64,000 nucleotides of DNA, taken from Oscillospiraceae bacterium (GTDB lineage: Bacteria; Bacillota; Clostridia; Oscillospirales; Ruminococcaceae). The notes under the pieces are model-generated. The model had not been told where the DNA came from. It did no database searches and saw only the letters and a list, made by a program, of their open reading frames with translations. Below, piece after piece: positions 1 through 9,200 of this stretch (position 1 is the stretch's first letter; the number at the start of each line of letters is the position of its first letter). The stretch is from assembly GCA_009783205.1 (NCBI GenBank), contig WRHO01000005.1, positions 5,886-69,885 on the forward strand, given 5' to 3'. Position numbers and translations under genes: made by a program.

Positions 1-309
1 TTCGTTTTTTCCCGAAACGGCGTTAGGCGCGCCTGCATCGTATTTCTTACCGCACTGCGGGCAGAATCCGTATGTAGCGAATTCGTACCTGCGCTTTTTC
101 TCAATCCACGGCAACCCGTGCGTAATCGCATGAATCCCGAATGTGAAAATCAAGCACAGCCAATATTTCAATCCGAAAGCGGGCGGTAAAAGTATGGACG
201 AGCTTTTGGCAGCCAACCCGCTTATAAGCAACGCCTTGTTGCCTTGACAAAAGGGGCAGTGTATGTCACGTTCAATGATGTTTTGTTCATTGGTAGCGTT
301 AAGATTCAT
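1..309 (-). CDS. partial CDS (C-terminus runs off left edge): small membrane protein with split zinc-ribbon (CPFC...CPQC)
   Basis: ATG at 309-307 with GGAGA 7 nt upstream. Open for 103 codons to the window edge. Two CxxC pairs flank hydrophobic segments. Confidence 0.5.
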   Translation of the reverse strand, partial: MNLNATNEQNIIERDIHCPFCQGNKALLISGLAAKSSSILLPPAFGLKYWLCLIFTFGIHAITHGLPWIEKKRRYEFATYGFCPQCGKKYDAGAPNAVSGKNE

Positions 310-387
310 AGTAGTTTCTCCTATTATTTTTTTGATTATATCATACTTTATCGAAAAAGTCAAAATTTATTTGCATTTATATTTTCC

Positions 388-416
388 TTGACTTATTCAA
401 GGAAATATGTTAAAAT
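388..416 (+). promoter_or_regulatory. sigma-A-type promoter (TTGACT-17-TAAAAT)
   Basis: TTGACT 388-393, 17-nt spacer, TAAAAT 411-416, about 28 nt upstream of the ATG at 444. Confidence 0.45.
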
Positions 417-443
417 AGGCTTGATAAGAAAGGCGGTGCTGTT

Positions 444-737
444 ATGAAAGATTATTGGGGAAACCCTGCGTTAGATTTCGGTTCGTTCACCGAAATGACA
501 AAAAAATACAAAGACAAGTTATTTGTGTCGGTAAGCAATAAACCGTTTGGGGATTCGTATGTCTTGTTTGTATGCGATGAAAGCGAAGAAGACAAAGCGA
601 GGTCTTTTCTTAATGAATACGACTCAAATATGAAAGCCAGAGGAATAACCGAATACGGTTCCGGTGTTAGTATAGGTGAAGCCATCCACGACAGAAATAT
701 AAGTATGTTCATGGGAGGGGCTTATAGTGGTCTTTAA
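444..737 (+). CDS. hypothetical protein (97 aa)
   Basis: ORF follows a promoter and an AAAGGCGG RBS-like tract. No family recognised. Confidence 0.45.
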   Translation: MKDYWGNPALDFGSFTEMTKKYKDKLFVSVSNKPFGDSYVLFVCDESEEDKARSFLNEYDSNMKARGITEYGSGVSIGEAIHDRNISMFMGGAYSGL

Positions 738-963
738 ACTCGAAAACTGTAAATCAAGTGACTATGTTGCCAATTATAAGCCGTTTCAATTATGGGCTAC
801 AGCACATGGGGTTGGTGGTGTAAAACGAGGTTTCTCGCAACCTGTCCTTGCAATGATTGACCCCGGGGCAAAACATACTATTTTGGGGAAAAGAGTAATG
901 CAAGATATTCTTGATAAAATCAAGGACGAAAACGGTAACGAAATAAAACCGCCCTATCATTGA
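727..963 (+). CDS. hypothetical protein (78 aa, GTG start)
   Basis: ORF overlaps the previous gene by 11 nt and is followed directly by a terminator hairpin. No family recognised. Confidence 0.4.
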   Translation: MVFKLENCKSSDYVANYKPFQLWATAHGVGGVKRGFSQPVLAMIDPGAKHTILGKRVMQDILDKIKDENGNEIKPPYH

Positions 964-980
964 GATAGGGCGGTTTTCTT
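946..980 (+). terminator. rho-independent terminator
   Basis: 10-bp stem CCGCCCTATC/GATAGGGCGG (949-958/964-973), 5-nt loop containing the stop codon, then TTTTCTT. Confidence 0.6.
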
Positions 981-1066
981 GTTTTCGTTATTATTGGTTG
1001 TTGTGGGGCGTGAATTTGTATTTTTGGTTCTCTACATCTGCTTTGCTAAAATAATTTAATTAAGTT

Positions 1067-1095
1067 TTGACTTTTCAGTAATTCTGTGGTAAAAT
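1067..1095 (+). promoter_or_regulatory. sigma-A-type promoter (TTGACT-17-TAAAAT, TGn extended -10)
   Basis: TTGACT 1067-1072 and TAAAAT 1090-1095, preceded by TGG. Confidence 0.4.
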
Positions 1096-1131
1096 AAAAT
1101 TGAGAAAATCACGAAGAAAAGAGACGTTAGT

Positions 1132-1365
1132 ATGTCTGAATATATCGGTAAAAAGATGTCAGATAACGAAGTAATGCATTTATTTCCTAAAGATTATGTC
1201 TTAATGCGGTATGAGAGTGATTCCGTTGAAGACAACTACGGTGAAATAATGTGGATTGAAAAAGAAGAGGGTGAAATAAGAAAACTATTAGATTCGGCAG
1301 ACCGTTCATACCATTACGGAATAATTGTTGGGTCATGGTTTTACGAAAACGGTTTGAGGTTGTAA
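1132..1365 (+). CDS. hypothetical protein (77 aa)
   Basis: ORF with AAGAGA RBS-like tract upstream. No family recognised. Confidence 0.4.
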   Translation: MSEYIGKKMSDNEVMHLFPKDYVLMRYESDSVEDNYGEIMWIEKEEGEIRKLLDSADRSYHYGIIVGSWFYENGLRL

Positions 1366-1433
1366 TAAGGCTTGAACACATCAAGATGAAACTTGAAAAA
1401 TACGTTCAGCGTTAGATTAGGAGAATCACGAGT

Positions 1434-1649
1434 ATGAGTAGCAAAGAGCTTCACTTCACTGTATTTTGTATCGAAAACGTGGCAGAACACCTAAACAAAA
1501 GCGGTACAGAGATTTATAAGCTGTTAAAAGAGGACAGTGAAATACTTGACGATTATATAGTTCCTTGTTATGATACGCTCCACACACAGGACAAGGAGTA
1601 TATTGTAGAAGATATTGTTGAATTTATGCGTGAAAAGAGGTTGGTCTGA
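1434..1649 (+). CDS. DUF3791-like small protein
   Basis: 71 aa. The pattern FCIE..AE....SG.E.Y.LL......DDYI...YD.LHTQ...YIVEDI.EF matches my recollection of the DUF3791 family. Stop overlaps the next start (ATGA). Confidence 0.6.
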   Translation: MSSKELHFTVFCIENVAEHLNKSGTEIYKLLKEDSEILDDYIVPCYDTLHTQDKEYIVEDIVEFMREKRLV

Positions 1650-2125
1650 TGGTTCTTTATCATGGCTCTTATTTAGCCGTAGAAACCCCCGATATATCAT
1701 ATTCTCGTGAAAAGGTTGATTTCGGAAAAGGCTTTTATACCACTCCTATTAAGGAACAGGCTGTGAGATGGTCTGTCAGATTCAAACGAAAAAAAGGGAA
1801 GAGTATCGTATCGGTATACGAAATAGACGAGCTTGAATTGTTTCAAACTTCAAAAATCTTAAAGTTTGAAACATACTCCGATGAATGGCTTGATTTTATC
1901 CTCGCTTGCAGACGAGGGCAGAACACAAGCAATTACGATGTGGTAATCGGAGGAGTAGCCAACGATAAGGTTTTCGACACAATTGAGCTTTTCTTTGAGA
2001 ACCTCATTGACAAAAAGGAAGCGATAGAGCGGCTGCGTTATGAAGAACCGAATTTTCAATATTGTTTCAGAACCCAAAGTGTTATTGACAAATACTTAAA
2101 ATTCACTTCAAGCGAGGTATTTTAA
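1649..2125 (+). CDS. DUF3990-like protein (PARP/ART-like HGS...GKGFY motifs)
   Basis: 158 aa. Has N-terminal LYHGS and DFGKGFYTT motifs. Sits between two DUF3791-like genes with 0-1 nt spacing. Confidence 0.65.
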   Translation: MVLYHGSYLAVETPDISYSREKVDFGKGFYTTPIKEQAVRWSVRFKRKKGKSIVSVYEIDELELFQTSKILKFETYSDEWLDFILACRRGQNTSNYDVVIGGVANDKVFDTIELFFENLIDKKEAIERLRYEEPNFQYCFRTQSVIDKYLKFTSSEVF

Positions 2126-2323
2126 ATGAAAGCTAACCGTACACTGCTTCAACGAAAGTATGCACGAGTAATCGAAGCGTTTTCACAAAGGCAAAATATC
2201 AGTCTAAACGAGGCGATGGATATATTTTACAAATCGGAAACGTATCAGGAAATGAGTAACGGTATTTCTGATATGCACTGCCGAAGCGACGAGTATCTTG
2301 CCGAGGAATTAGCATTGGAATAG
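2126..2323 (+). CDS. DUF3791-like small protein (divergent second copy)
   Basis: 65 aa and starts 1 nt after the previous stop. Helical, with a C-terminal ...MHCRSDEYLAEEL resembling the LHTQ..YIVEDI region of the first copy. Confidence 0.5.
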   Translation: MKANRTLLQRKYARVIEAFSQRQNISLNEAMDIFYKSETYQEMSNGISDMHCRSDEYLAEELALE

Positions 2324-2403
2324 CTTTAGGTTTTCAAGTGCCGGATTTGCGCCCGAATACCGTCCCATTTTGAACTGTGAGCGGTTATTTTTTATTGTTT
2401 TTC

Positions 2404-3396
2404 CTATCTTGCGGCAGTGGTGGTCGCTGTGGTCGCGGTGGTGGAAGACGGGGAATTCTTTTTGTAAGAGGTAAGGTATTTATCCGCGTCCCAAAGCCCC
2501 TCTTCGCCCGTCCACTTATTCCCGCTACCGTATACATTACTTACTTTATTTGATTTTGCTTTACTTACGTCAACCTCGGAGCTTTCACCCGGGCGAACCT
2601 TTCTCGCGTATACAACAATTCTGCAATCCAAGCCGTCGGGATACCAACAAGTCATGAGAGAGAGAATTTTATCGCCGTATTCTATGTCGACATCTGTTAA
2701 AAGAACACTTCTGTCCATTATTTTAAGTATATATTCGTGAAATTTGTCTTTAGTTTTGAAATCAATGTGTTCCCAAAACTTAATAACCTCACCGTATTCC
2801 TCTTGTGTATTATGAAGAACTACCGCAAAAACCTTCCACTCCATTTTCTCATACATAGAGTCAAAATTTATAACGGGCGTTTCCTTATAAAAGGAAAGGT
2901 CGTTATTAAGTACCGGAGAGTAATACATCGTCTGAAGCGGTTTAAAAAAAGTTCCGTTTTTCATATTGTGTCCGTATAAAAGGGTGTTGTCCGATATGTC
3001 ATATCCGTTAAACACGTTTTTGTAGTCGGCAGTTATAGCACCGTGAAATTGTGGGTTTTTATTAAAATCGTGGTCTGTATAATACAGATTATCTTCTGCC
3101 TGCATAACCGGCTCGGAAATTTTGTCGCCTACCTTTAAAAATCCTACCATATCGTTATTTTGTTCCCATAAATCGAGATATTCCTCAAGCATATCAGGAA
3201 ATTCGGTAACCGCCGGCGTTGTTTCCGCCTCTGTAGTAGCGAGCGGGGTGGTTTCCTCCGGCTCGGGTTCTACCGCAACATCTCCGCAAGCGGTTAAGTA
3301 CAGCGCGAGAATCGTGAAACAGGCGATTGTTAAAATTAACGAAAACCTCTTTTTGGTGTCCTTTTTTTTCATTTTTACGGTTTCTCCTTTGTTCAA
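2404..3396 (-). CDS. srtB: class B sortase-like transpeptidase with N-terminal membrane/lipobox anchor
   Basis: LLYGHNM (catalytic His region), LSLMTCWYP (TLxTC-type Cys) and RIVVYARKV (Arg). N-terminal TM ending LTACGD. Thr/Ala-rich C-terminal tail. Confidence 0.8.
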   Translation of the reverse strand: MNKGETVKMKKKDTKKRFSLILTIACFTILALYLTACGDVAVEPEPEETTPLATTEAETTPAVTEFPDMLEEYLDLWEQNNDMVGFLKVGDKISEPVMQAEDNLYYTDHDFNKNPQFHGAITADYKNVFNGYDISDNTLLYGHNMKNGTFFKPLQTMYYSPVLNNDLSFYKETPVINFDSMYEKMEWKVFAVVLHNTQEEYGEVIKFWEHIDFKTKDKFHEYILKIMDRSVLLTDVDIEYGDKILSLMTCWYPDGLDCRIVVYARKVRPGESSEVDVSKAKSNKVSNVYGSGNKWTGEEGLWDADKYLTSYKKNSPSSTTATTATTTAAR

Positions 3397-3543
3397 GAAA
3401 ATATTTTACCGAATTATTATAGCACATATACTACGGCTTTGCAATACTTTGTTTAAAAAAGTCGGCAAATTAGAAAAATTTTTTATCAAACACTTGAAAA
3501 AAAACAATTCTTATGATAGAATAACTAACTATAAACAAGATAC

Positions 3544-3615
3544 GCCTCCGTAGTTAAATGGATATAATAGCCCCCTCCTAAGGGGTAGTTATAGGTTCGA
3601 TTCCTATCGGGGGTA
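3544..3615 (+). tRNA. tRNA-Arg (anticodon CCU)
   Basis: Manual cloverleaf: acceptor 3544-3550/3608-3614 with two G-U pairs, D arm with GG loop, anticodon loop CTCCTAA (CCT at 3577-3579), T arm ATAGG-TTCGATT-CCTAT. CCA is not encoded. Confidence 0.85.
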
Positions 3616-3629
3616 GCATTTTGAAAGTT

Positions 3630-3671
3630 AGCGAATCCGCTTGTAGTGCGGGTTCGCTGATTTTCATTTTT
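3630..3671 (+). terminator. terminator hairpin after tRNA-Arg
   Basis: AGCGAATCCGC/GCGGGTTCGCT stem (one G-U), 7-nt loop, then GATTTTCATTTTT. Confidence 0.55.
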
Positions 3672-3703
3672 GCGGAATTTTGCGTTTGGGATTTATTTGG
3701 GAT

Positions 3704-3912
3704 TTATTCCGAACCGGCATATCGTTCCGATGCTATTTTTGGTTGCTGTGTTTTTGAAAAATCAAGGGCGTTTTCTACCGCGCTTGAGATTTTTTCGTGG
3801 GAGTTTTGCAGTAGATGACTGTAAACCCCAAGCGTTACATTCGGATTGGTATGCCCCAACGCTCCGCACAAGGTAACAATATCAACATTCTCGCTAATTG
3901 CTAAAGACGCGA
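3704..3912 (-). pseudogene. C-terminal fragment of a tyrosine recombinase/integrase
   Basis: The translation ...ASLAISENVDIVTLCGALGHTNPNVTLGVYSHLL... matches the integrase C-terminal LGH....T...Y.H block. No N-terminal or core domain is present. It lies immediately 3' of a tRNA. Confidence 0.6.
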
Positions 3913-3914
3913 AT

Positions 3915-4208
3915 ATGGAAACCGCTTGGGGGCCGTTACCGGAAGTATGGGATTTGATGGCTGAGAAGTACAATTTGTCCTATGTTTACTGCTCGGAAGA
4001 GTGCGGATGTGCGGTTTATGTAAACACCGATTCCGAAGGTAGGTTCTTTAGTGACCGATATATTCTTGACTATTTCGTTGTCGAGTTCACAATCACCAAT
4101 TATGACATTGACGAGTGCAAGCAAAAATTAGACGAGATTAACGAAATCATCAGGAAACTTCAGGTTTCGATTGACCGTGTGAATCTGGGTAATATGGTCG
4201 AGATTTAA
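3915..4208 (+). CDS. hypothetical protein (possibly a truncated gene)
   Basis: ATG at 3915 inside the listed 3846 ORF. No clear RBS. It abuts the integrase relic. Confidence 0.3.
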   Translation: METAWGPLPEVWDLMAEKYNLSYVYCSEECGCAVYVNTDSEGRFFSDRYILDYFVVEFTITNYDIDECKQKLDEINEIIRKLQVSIDRVNLGNMVEI

Positions 4209-4328
4209 TTCATGGGAATATCTTTCCGCGTGCGATTCGACTAACCTCCACGTTACGGTTTTATTGTTAGGGTTCATGGTTTCTTCCATGTTAATTATTG
4301 ACTTTTATCTTGAATGGAAGGAAGGGTA

Positions 4329-4868
4329 TCATATATTCTCCAAATACTCTAAAACCCTTTCGGCAACTTCCAAACTCACCTTATTAACATCACCGTTTTT
4401 CAAATAATCATTTACATTGCCATGATTCAATTTAAGGTCAGTATAAACCCTATAAGCCGATATTTTCTTTTCCCTCTGTATTTGTCTTGTTCGATTCAAC
4501 ATTAACACTTTAGTGTGACTTTTCGCTTTATAACGGTCGCGGATACTGACATAGCTGTTATACGTTTTTTGAAATTCATACGGAATGTCCTTGTCGTGAT
4601 TCTCCAATGAGCAAACAACATCTTCCCAACTTATACTGTCGGGAAAATACGATATGGCTTGTTTTAACTGATTATCCTTTGCCGCTCTTTTCAAATGACT
4701 ATGCTTATTTTCTGACAACGCATATAGAATCAACGGCTCAATCAGTCTGTAGTTTTGGGGTACTTTGTCCGCAAGACGTTTTATGTCGTTGGTATTAAGG
4801 TTTGACATTTCACGAACATACTGACGAAGAAATCCCTTAAAAGTCAATTGTCGCATGAGCGATACCAT
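4329..4868 (-). CDS. hypothetical protein with C-terminal HTH-like segment
   Basis: 179 aa. The C-terminal ISAYRVYTDLKLNHGNVNDYLKNGDVNKVSLEVAERVLEYL looks like an XRE-type helix-turn-helix. Confidence 0.5.
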   Translation of the reverse strand: MVSLMRQLTFKGFLRQYVREMSNLNTNDIKRLADKVPQNYRLIEPLILYALSENKHSHLKRAAKDNQLKQAISYFPDSISWEDVVCSLENHDKDIPYEFQKTYNSYVSIRDRYKAKSHTKVLMLNRTRQIQREKKISAYRVYTDLKLNHGNVNDYLKNGDVNKVSLEVAERVLEYLENI

Positions 4869-5036
4869 TCCTTATATATTTACATTAATACTATTAATCA
4901 ATTATAGTATATCTTATAAAAATTTAAGTGTCAAGAGTATAACGGGAAATTTTCATGACGCGAGCAAAAAACACATATAAAAAAACAGTTGCGTTTTTAT
5001 TCTTGACATGGTATAATCATCATAGGTGGTGAAACA

Positions 5037-5282
5037 ATGAGTAAGAAAGCGAAGATGTTAGCACGATTAAGGTCAAAGCCGAAAGATTTTACGTTTGATG
5101 AAGCTAAAACAATTTTAGAGCTTTGCGGCTATAATATGAAAACGGCGGGTAAAACAGGCGGTTCTCGTGTTTCATTTGATAAAGGGAAATCACGAATCCG
5201 TATGCACAAACCGCACCCACGAAACGAATTACATCAATATGTTATTGCTAAATTGATAGATGAACTGAAGGGAGAGGATTAA
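5037..5282 (+). CDS. hicA: HicA-family mRNA interferase toxin
   Basis: 81 aa. Contains GGSRVSF...RMHKPHP, typical of HicA/YcfA. The promoter-like TTGCGT-17-TATAAT lies upstream. Confidence 0.8.
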   Translation: MSKKAKMLARLRSKPKDFTFDEAKTILELCGYNMKTAGKTGGSRVSFDKGKSRIRMHKPHPRNELHQYVIAKLIDELKGED

Positions 5283-5283
5283 A

Positions 5284-5616
5284 ATGAGTAATGTTTTAAC
5301 GTATAAAGGATTTTACGGAAGCATTGAGTTTTTCGAGGAAGATAATGTGTTTCATGGAAAAATCTTAGGCATAAGCGACTGTTTCTTATATGAGGGGGAC
5401 AGCGTTCAATCACTTAAACAGGATTTTCAAGATTCAGTAAATGAGTATATTGACTTCTGTAATGAAGTCGGGAAAGAACCCGAAAAAGCATATAAAGGCA
5501 CTTTTAATGTGCCGATTGAGTCCTCTTTGCACAAGAAACTTTCGGTTTATTCCTCTGAGCATGGAAAGACATTAAACGGGACAGTAGAAGAAGCTATACG
5601 GCATTATGTAAGTTAA
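5284..5616 (+). CDS. hicB: HicB-family antitoxin (RHH C-terminus)
   Basis: 110 aa and starts 1 nt after the hicA stop. N-terminal HicB fold pattern (YKGFYGSIEF..ED..FHGKI) and a C-terminal ribbon-helix-helix-like SLHKKLSVYSSEHGKTLNGTVEEAI. Confidence 0.8.
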   Translation: MSNVLTYKGFYGSIEFFEEDNVFHGKILGISDCFLYEGDSVQSLKQDFQDSVNEYIDFCNEVGKEPEKAYKGTFNVPIESSLHKKLSVYSSEHGKTLNGTVEEAIRHYVS

Positions 5617-5643
5617 CAAAACAATTTTTAGGAGGAATTATTT

Positions 5644-6153
5644 ATGAAAAAGCTACTGTCACTACTGCTCACAGCGGCAATGCTGTGCGCCGTCGCAGTC
5701 CCTGCGACTTTCGCAACCGCACCCGCCGACAATGCTCGAACGCGCTACGCCGATATCTTCGATTTTATTGACATTCTTGAGGATTGCGTAGGCATGATTG
5801 AGCTTACGCCTGTGGAAGTATACGACCACAACAAGAACGGTGTCGTTGATATCTTTGACGGGATTATTGTGTTGGAGGGGATTATTGGATTGGGGGAAGC
5901 GGTAAAGATGCCTTTAGTTCGGACGCCGGGTAATCCGGCAGAGCCGCCTGTGATTTCAACCGCCACGCCGACAATCCCCACTACTATTGCACCACCCGGC
6001 GACAATGGAGAAGGTATGGTGTACATTCCGACACGCGGAGGGACACGTTATCACCGAAGAGAAAACAGTTGTGGTATGTTACCGCCTGTATTATATGTAA
6101 CAGTCAGTGAGGCATTAGCACAAGGTTTCACTGCTTGCGGAAGATGTTATTAA
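5644..6153 (+). CDS. secreted protein with dockerin-like EF-hand repeat and C-terminal YH..C...CxxC motif
   Basis: Signal peptide MKKLLSLLLTAAMLCAVAVPATFA. Dockerin-like DHNKNGVVDIFDGIIVLE, a Pro/Thr linker, and a C-terminal RYHRRENSCG...ACGRCY. Confidence 0.6.
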   Translation: MKKLLSLLLTAAMLCAVAVPATFATAPADNARTRYADIFDFIDILEDCVGMIELTPVEVYDHNKNGVVDIFDGIIVLEGIIGLGEAVKMPLVRTPGNPAEPPVISTATPTIPTTIAPPGDNGEGMVYIPTRGGTRYHRRENSCGMLPPVLYVTVSEALAQGFTACGRCY

Positions 6154-6194
6154 GAGAACATCTAAAACTATTAAAAATTAAAAATAATGTATAA

Positions 6195-6226
6195 AACAGC
6201 CTTTATCAATTAAGATAAAGGCTGTT
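6195..6226. terminator. bidirectional hairpin between convergent genes
   Basis: 13-bp perfect stem AACAGCCTTTATC/GATAAAGGCTGTT with a 6-nt loop. The flanking T/A runs are weak. Confidence 0.5.
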
Positions 6227-6258
6227 CTTAATAATTGGCAAAGTCGGCAAAACGGCTT

Positions 6259-9200
6259 TTACGTACCCCACTCCGACAGAATATTCCCCGCGGCGTCACT
6301 CAATAAAATATCCATATCGAGCTTAAAATCGAAATAAATCTGCATACGTCCGAGTCCGAGGTCATGGGTTGCGAATTTAATAAAAATCTTCTCCTTCGCC
6401 CTAATAATCCTTACCGGAATCTGCCATTCAAACGCTTCGGTTTTATCGGCGGACAAATACTGTGAAATATATAAGCCCTTACAAGAAACGGAATCCTCGG
6501 TAGGATTGTGCAGTACAATACTGTATGGTGCTTGCGTGATTTCGACGCTACATATATGAAGCTCGTGTTCGCTACATTGGCTGGAACCCACCGGCGTTGC
6601 GAATTTGGAAATTAGGCGAATATAAGGCAATTGATACCCTAAGCTCGGCTCTGTAATTTCCCACGTATTGATAGGCCAACCGTGGTTAATATCCATGTAC
6701 TTTTTTGCGGGGGGGAAGCCCGATAAGGTATCGCGAACATAATCCCCTACCGCGAGGTCGGCGGCGGTCATCCATTGTCTGTGAGCGTTATACCCGCCGT
6801 CAACGGTATAATCTCCGTTCGGGCCGCCGGGCAGATATCCGGGTGCGGGGCCGGGGTTGGTACCGTCGACAACGCTCCATTTTGTTTCGGGCGAGTACCA
6901 ATCGTGGTAAATCGAGTTAAGGCTCTTTGACGCGCCGTAATTGTTCATATTGGTGAGATAAACGGTATTGAGAGGATTGACCCCGTGGATATAGTGCAGA
7001 TAATCCTCTGCGTCCGATTTATATTTTCCCGAGTCAATCTCATACTCTTCCCAGAAATAATACATTAAGCCCATTTCTGCTTTTGCTCTGTTTGAACCCC
7101 AAGGATAATCCTCAAGATGGGCTCGGTACCCGTCTTTCCCCAAGGTTGCTTTATAATTCCCGTCGGGCGCGTTAAAATGAGCAATTAACCCGTTTCTCCC
7201 CGGCCAGCCGTTTTTCAATTGTCCGACAAGCGTAGAGTTTGCATCGGGTTGTTTCATATATTGAAAATACATAAGATTTTGCGACGTGCGATAATGGTCC
7301 ATACCCCACCAATTATACAGCGGGAGATTTTGGTAATCGGTCTCAAAAATTGTAAGATACTTATTTCTGTCGCCGGTCATCTCGTACATATAAAGCGCGG
7401 CTTTCATGCGGTTCTCGCTTCGGCTTCCGACGCTGTCGTCCATAATTTCCTGTCCGCCCGCCGCTAATCCGTTCGAATTGTACGACGAATTATTGTTTTG
7501 GAACATTACGTTTTTATTATTCTCCGCCCAGGTGAAGGCTTTATCTGCCGCCGTTTTTAATTTATCGGCATACGCGGGGTCAAATTCCTCAAATATAACC
7601 GCGCCGAGCGCGAACGCTCTCGCCCCCGCATATGTTGCGGTAGTGTTCGGCGGGCCGTAATAGGTTCTGCCCGCAGCCGTCGACGGCGGCGAAGCGTGTT
7701 TCGCAATTTGACTCAAGCTCGGGTTGGCAATCCCCGCCGCATTTATGTTTGAAAGTGTCATAACGCTGAGCATTGAGCCGTTAAAATTCGATAAAGCCGC
7801 CGAATTTGGATAATTTGGCGGACGTTGTGCATCGCTTAATGCAAAATTGCCGTCGTTTTGCAATTTTAAAAGGTGGTCTAATCCCCATTTTGCCTCATCG
7901 ACAATATCCGGTATACCGTTATTCGACTCGGGAATGTTGTAATTGTCGCCGAAAACATCGGGGTTTTCGCGGTAACACTCGAGCATAGTCTCGACATATG
8001 CCGCCGTCCATGCGGTATATTTGTTATAATCGCCCGCATCGTACCACCCCCCGCTGACGTCGCGTTCCAACCCCGCGTTGTTCTGGTCAAAGAAGTATCG
8101 CGCCTGCGTATCCTGTCCCGCCCCCATATGGCTCGCAGAATCTGCCCAGGCTGCTCCGGCGTGCTGCGCCGTTTTAGCAATCCCCACGCGCTGATAATAA
8201 AACATACGGACGGCGTGTTTTAACACCTCATTATAAACGTCCTCCGCAATGTTAAACGAGAACGAGCGAACTTCCTTTTGAACGTCGAGAATATAATACC
8301 GCCCGGGTGTATTAACCGACGAAAAGTCGAACCACCATATTTCGTCGCCGGAATCTGCGTCCTCGGCAAATTTATGCACGGGCGCGCCGGTATAAACCAC
8401 CGTCTTTGTTTCCTCCGAAACAACCTGATAGCTTGTTCCCGGGGCAAAGGATTTGCTCGCGTCCGCGCCTTTTTTCGGGTTGCGTATTACTGCGGTTTTT
8501 GTAGAATCGGGTCTGTAACCGAATTGGTCTATAACGATAAAATCGGTTAATTCTTCGGTATCGCCCCCGACGTTTTTGGGATATATATGCGTCTGTTTAA
8601 TTCCGTCAATTGAAGTAACGGGTTTCATTGTATCGCCGTCACCAAATGCCGAATACAGTCCGGCAACCGCACCGATAAACGGCGCGTTATAGGTTATACC
8701 CACCTCGTTACCGATATAATCACCCGCGAGGTCGTAATAAAGTCCGTCGCTTCTTATAGGCCCGCCCACAAGCGCGCCGACAAGCGTTCGGTCGGCGGTT
8801 CTTGACGCACTGTTCCCCAATAAATCGGGTGCGCTTCCGTCCGACGGGCCGCCAAATGACGGTGCGGAGCCGCCGTTATACAAGCCCGAAAAATGCGGCT
8901 GTTTAGACGAGTTTGGCGCATATCCCGTAACGAGACAGAAGGTTTGCCCGTTATTTCCCGCGCCGGTAGGCCCGACGCCCATTATATAATCGGTTTGTCC
9001 CTTTGCCCAATTCTTATATGTCGTTTCGCCGGTATACTTATTATGAATAAGCCCCATAAACTGCACACCCGCGTTCAAAACCGAAGAACCCCATGCGCCG
9101 ATAAAGCGGAAGTTTGTGACCGGGGTTGAACTCGCATAGCCGTTAATGTCGGTTCTTATCCGCTGTATCCCCGTTGTACTCGAAGGGGTAGGACTGCTTG

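Noticed and set aside
3122-3553. 143-aa plus-strand ORF spanning the sortase 5' end and running into the tRNA
   Set aside because: It overlaps a well-supported sortase gene on the other strand and a tRNA. It is low-complexity and has no RBS.
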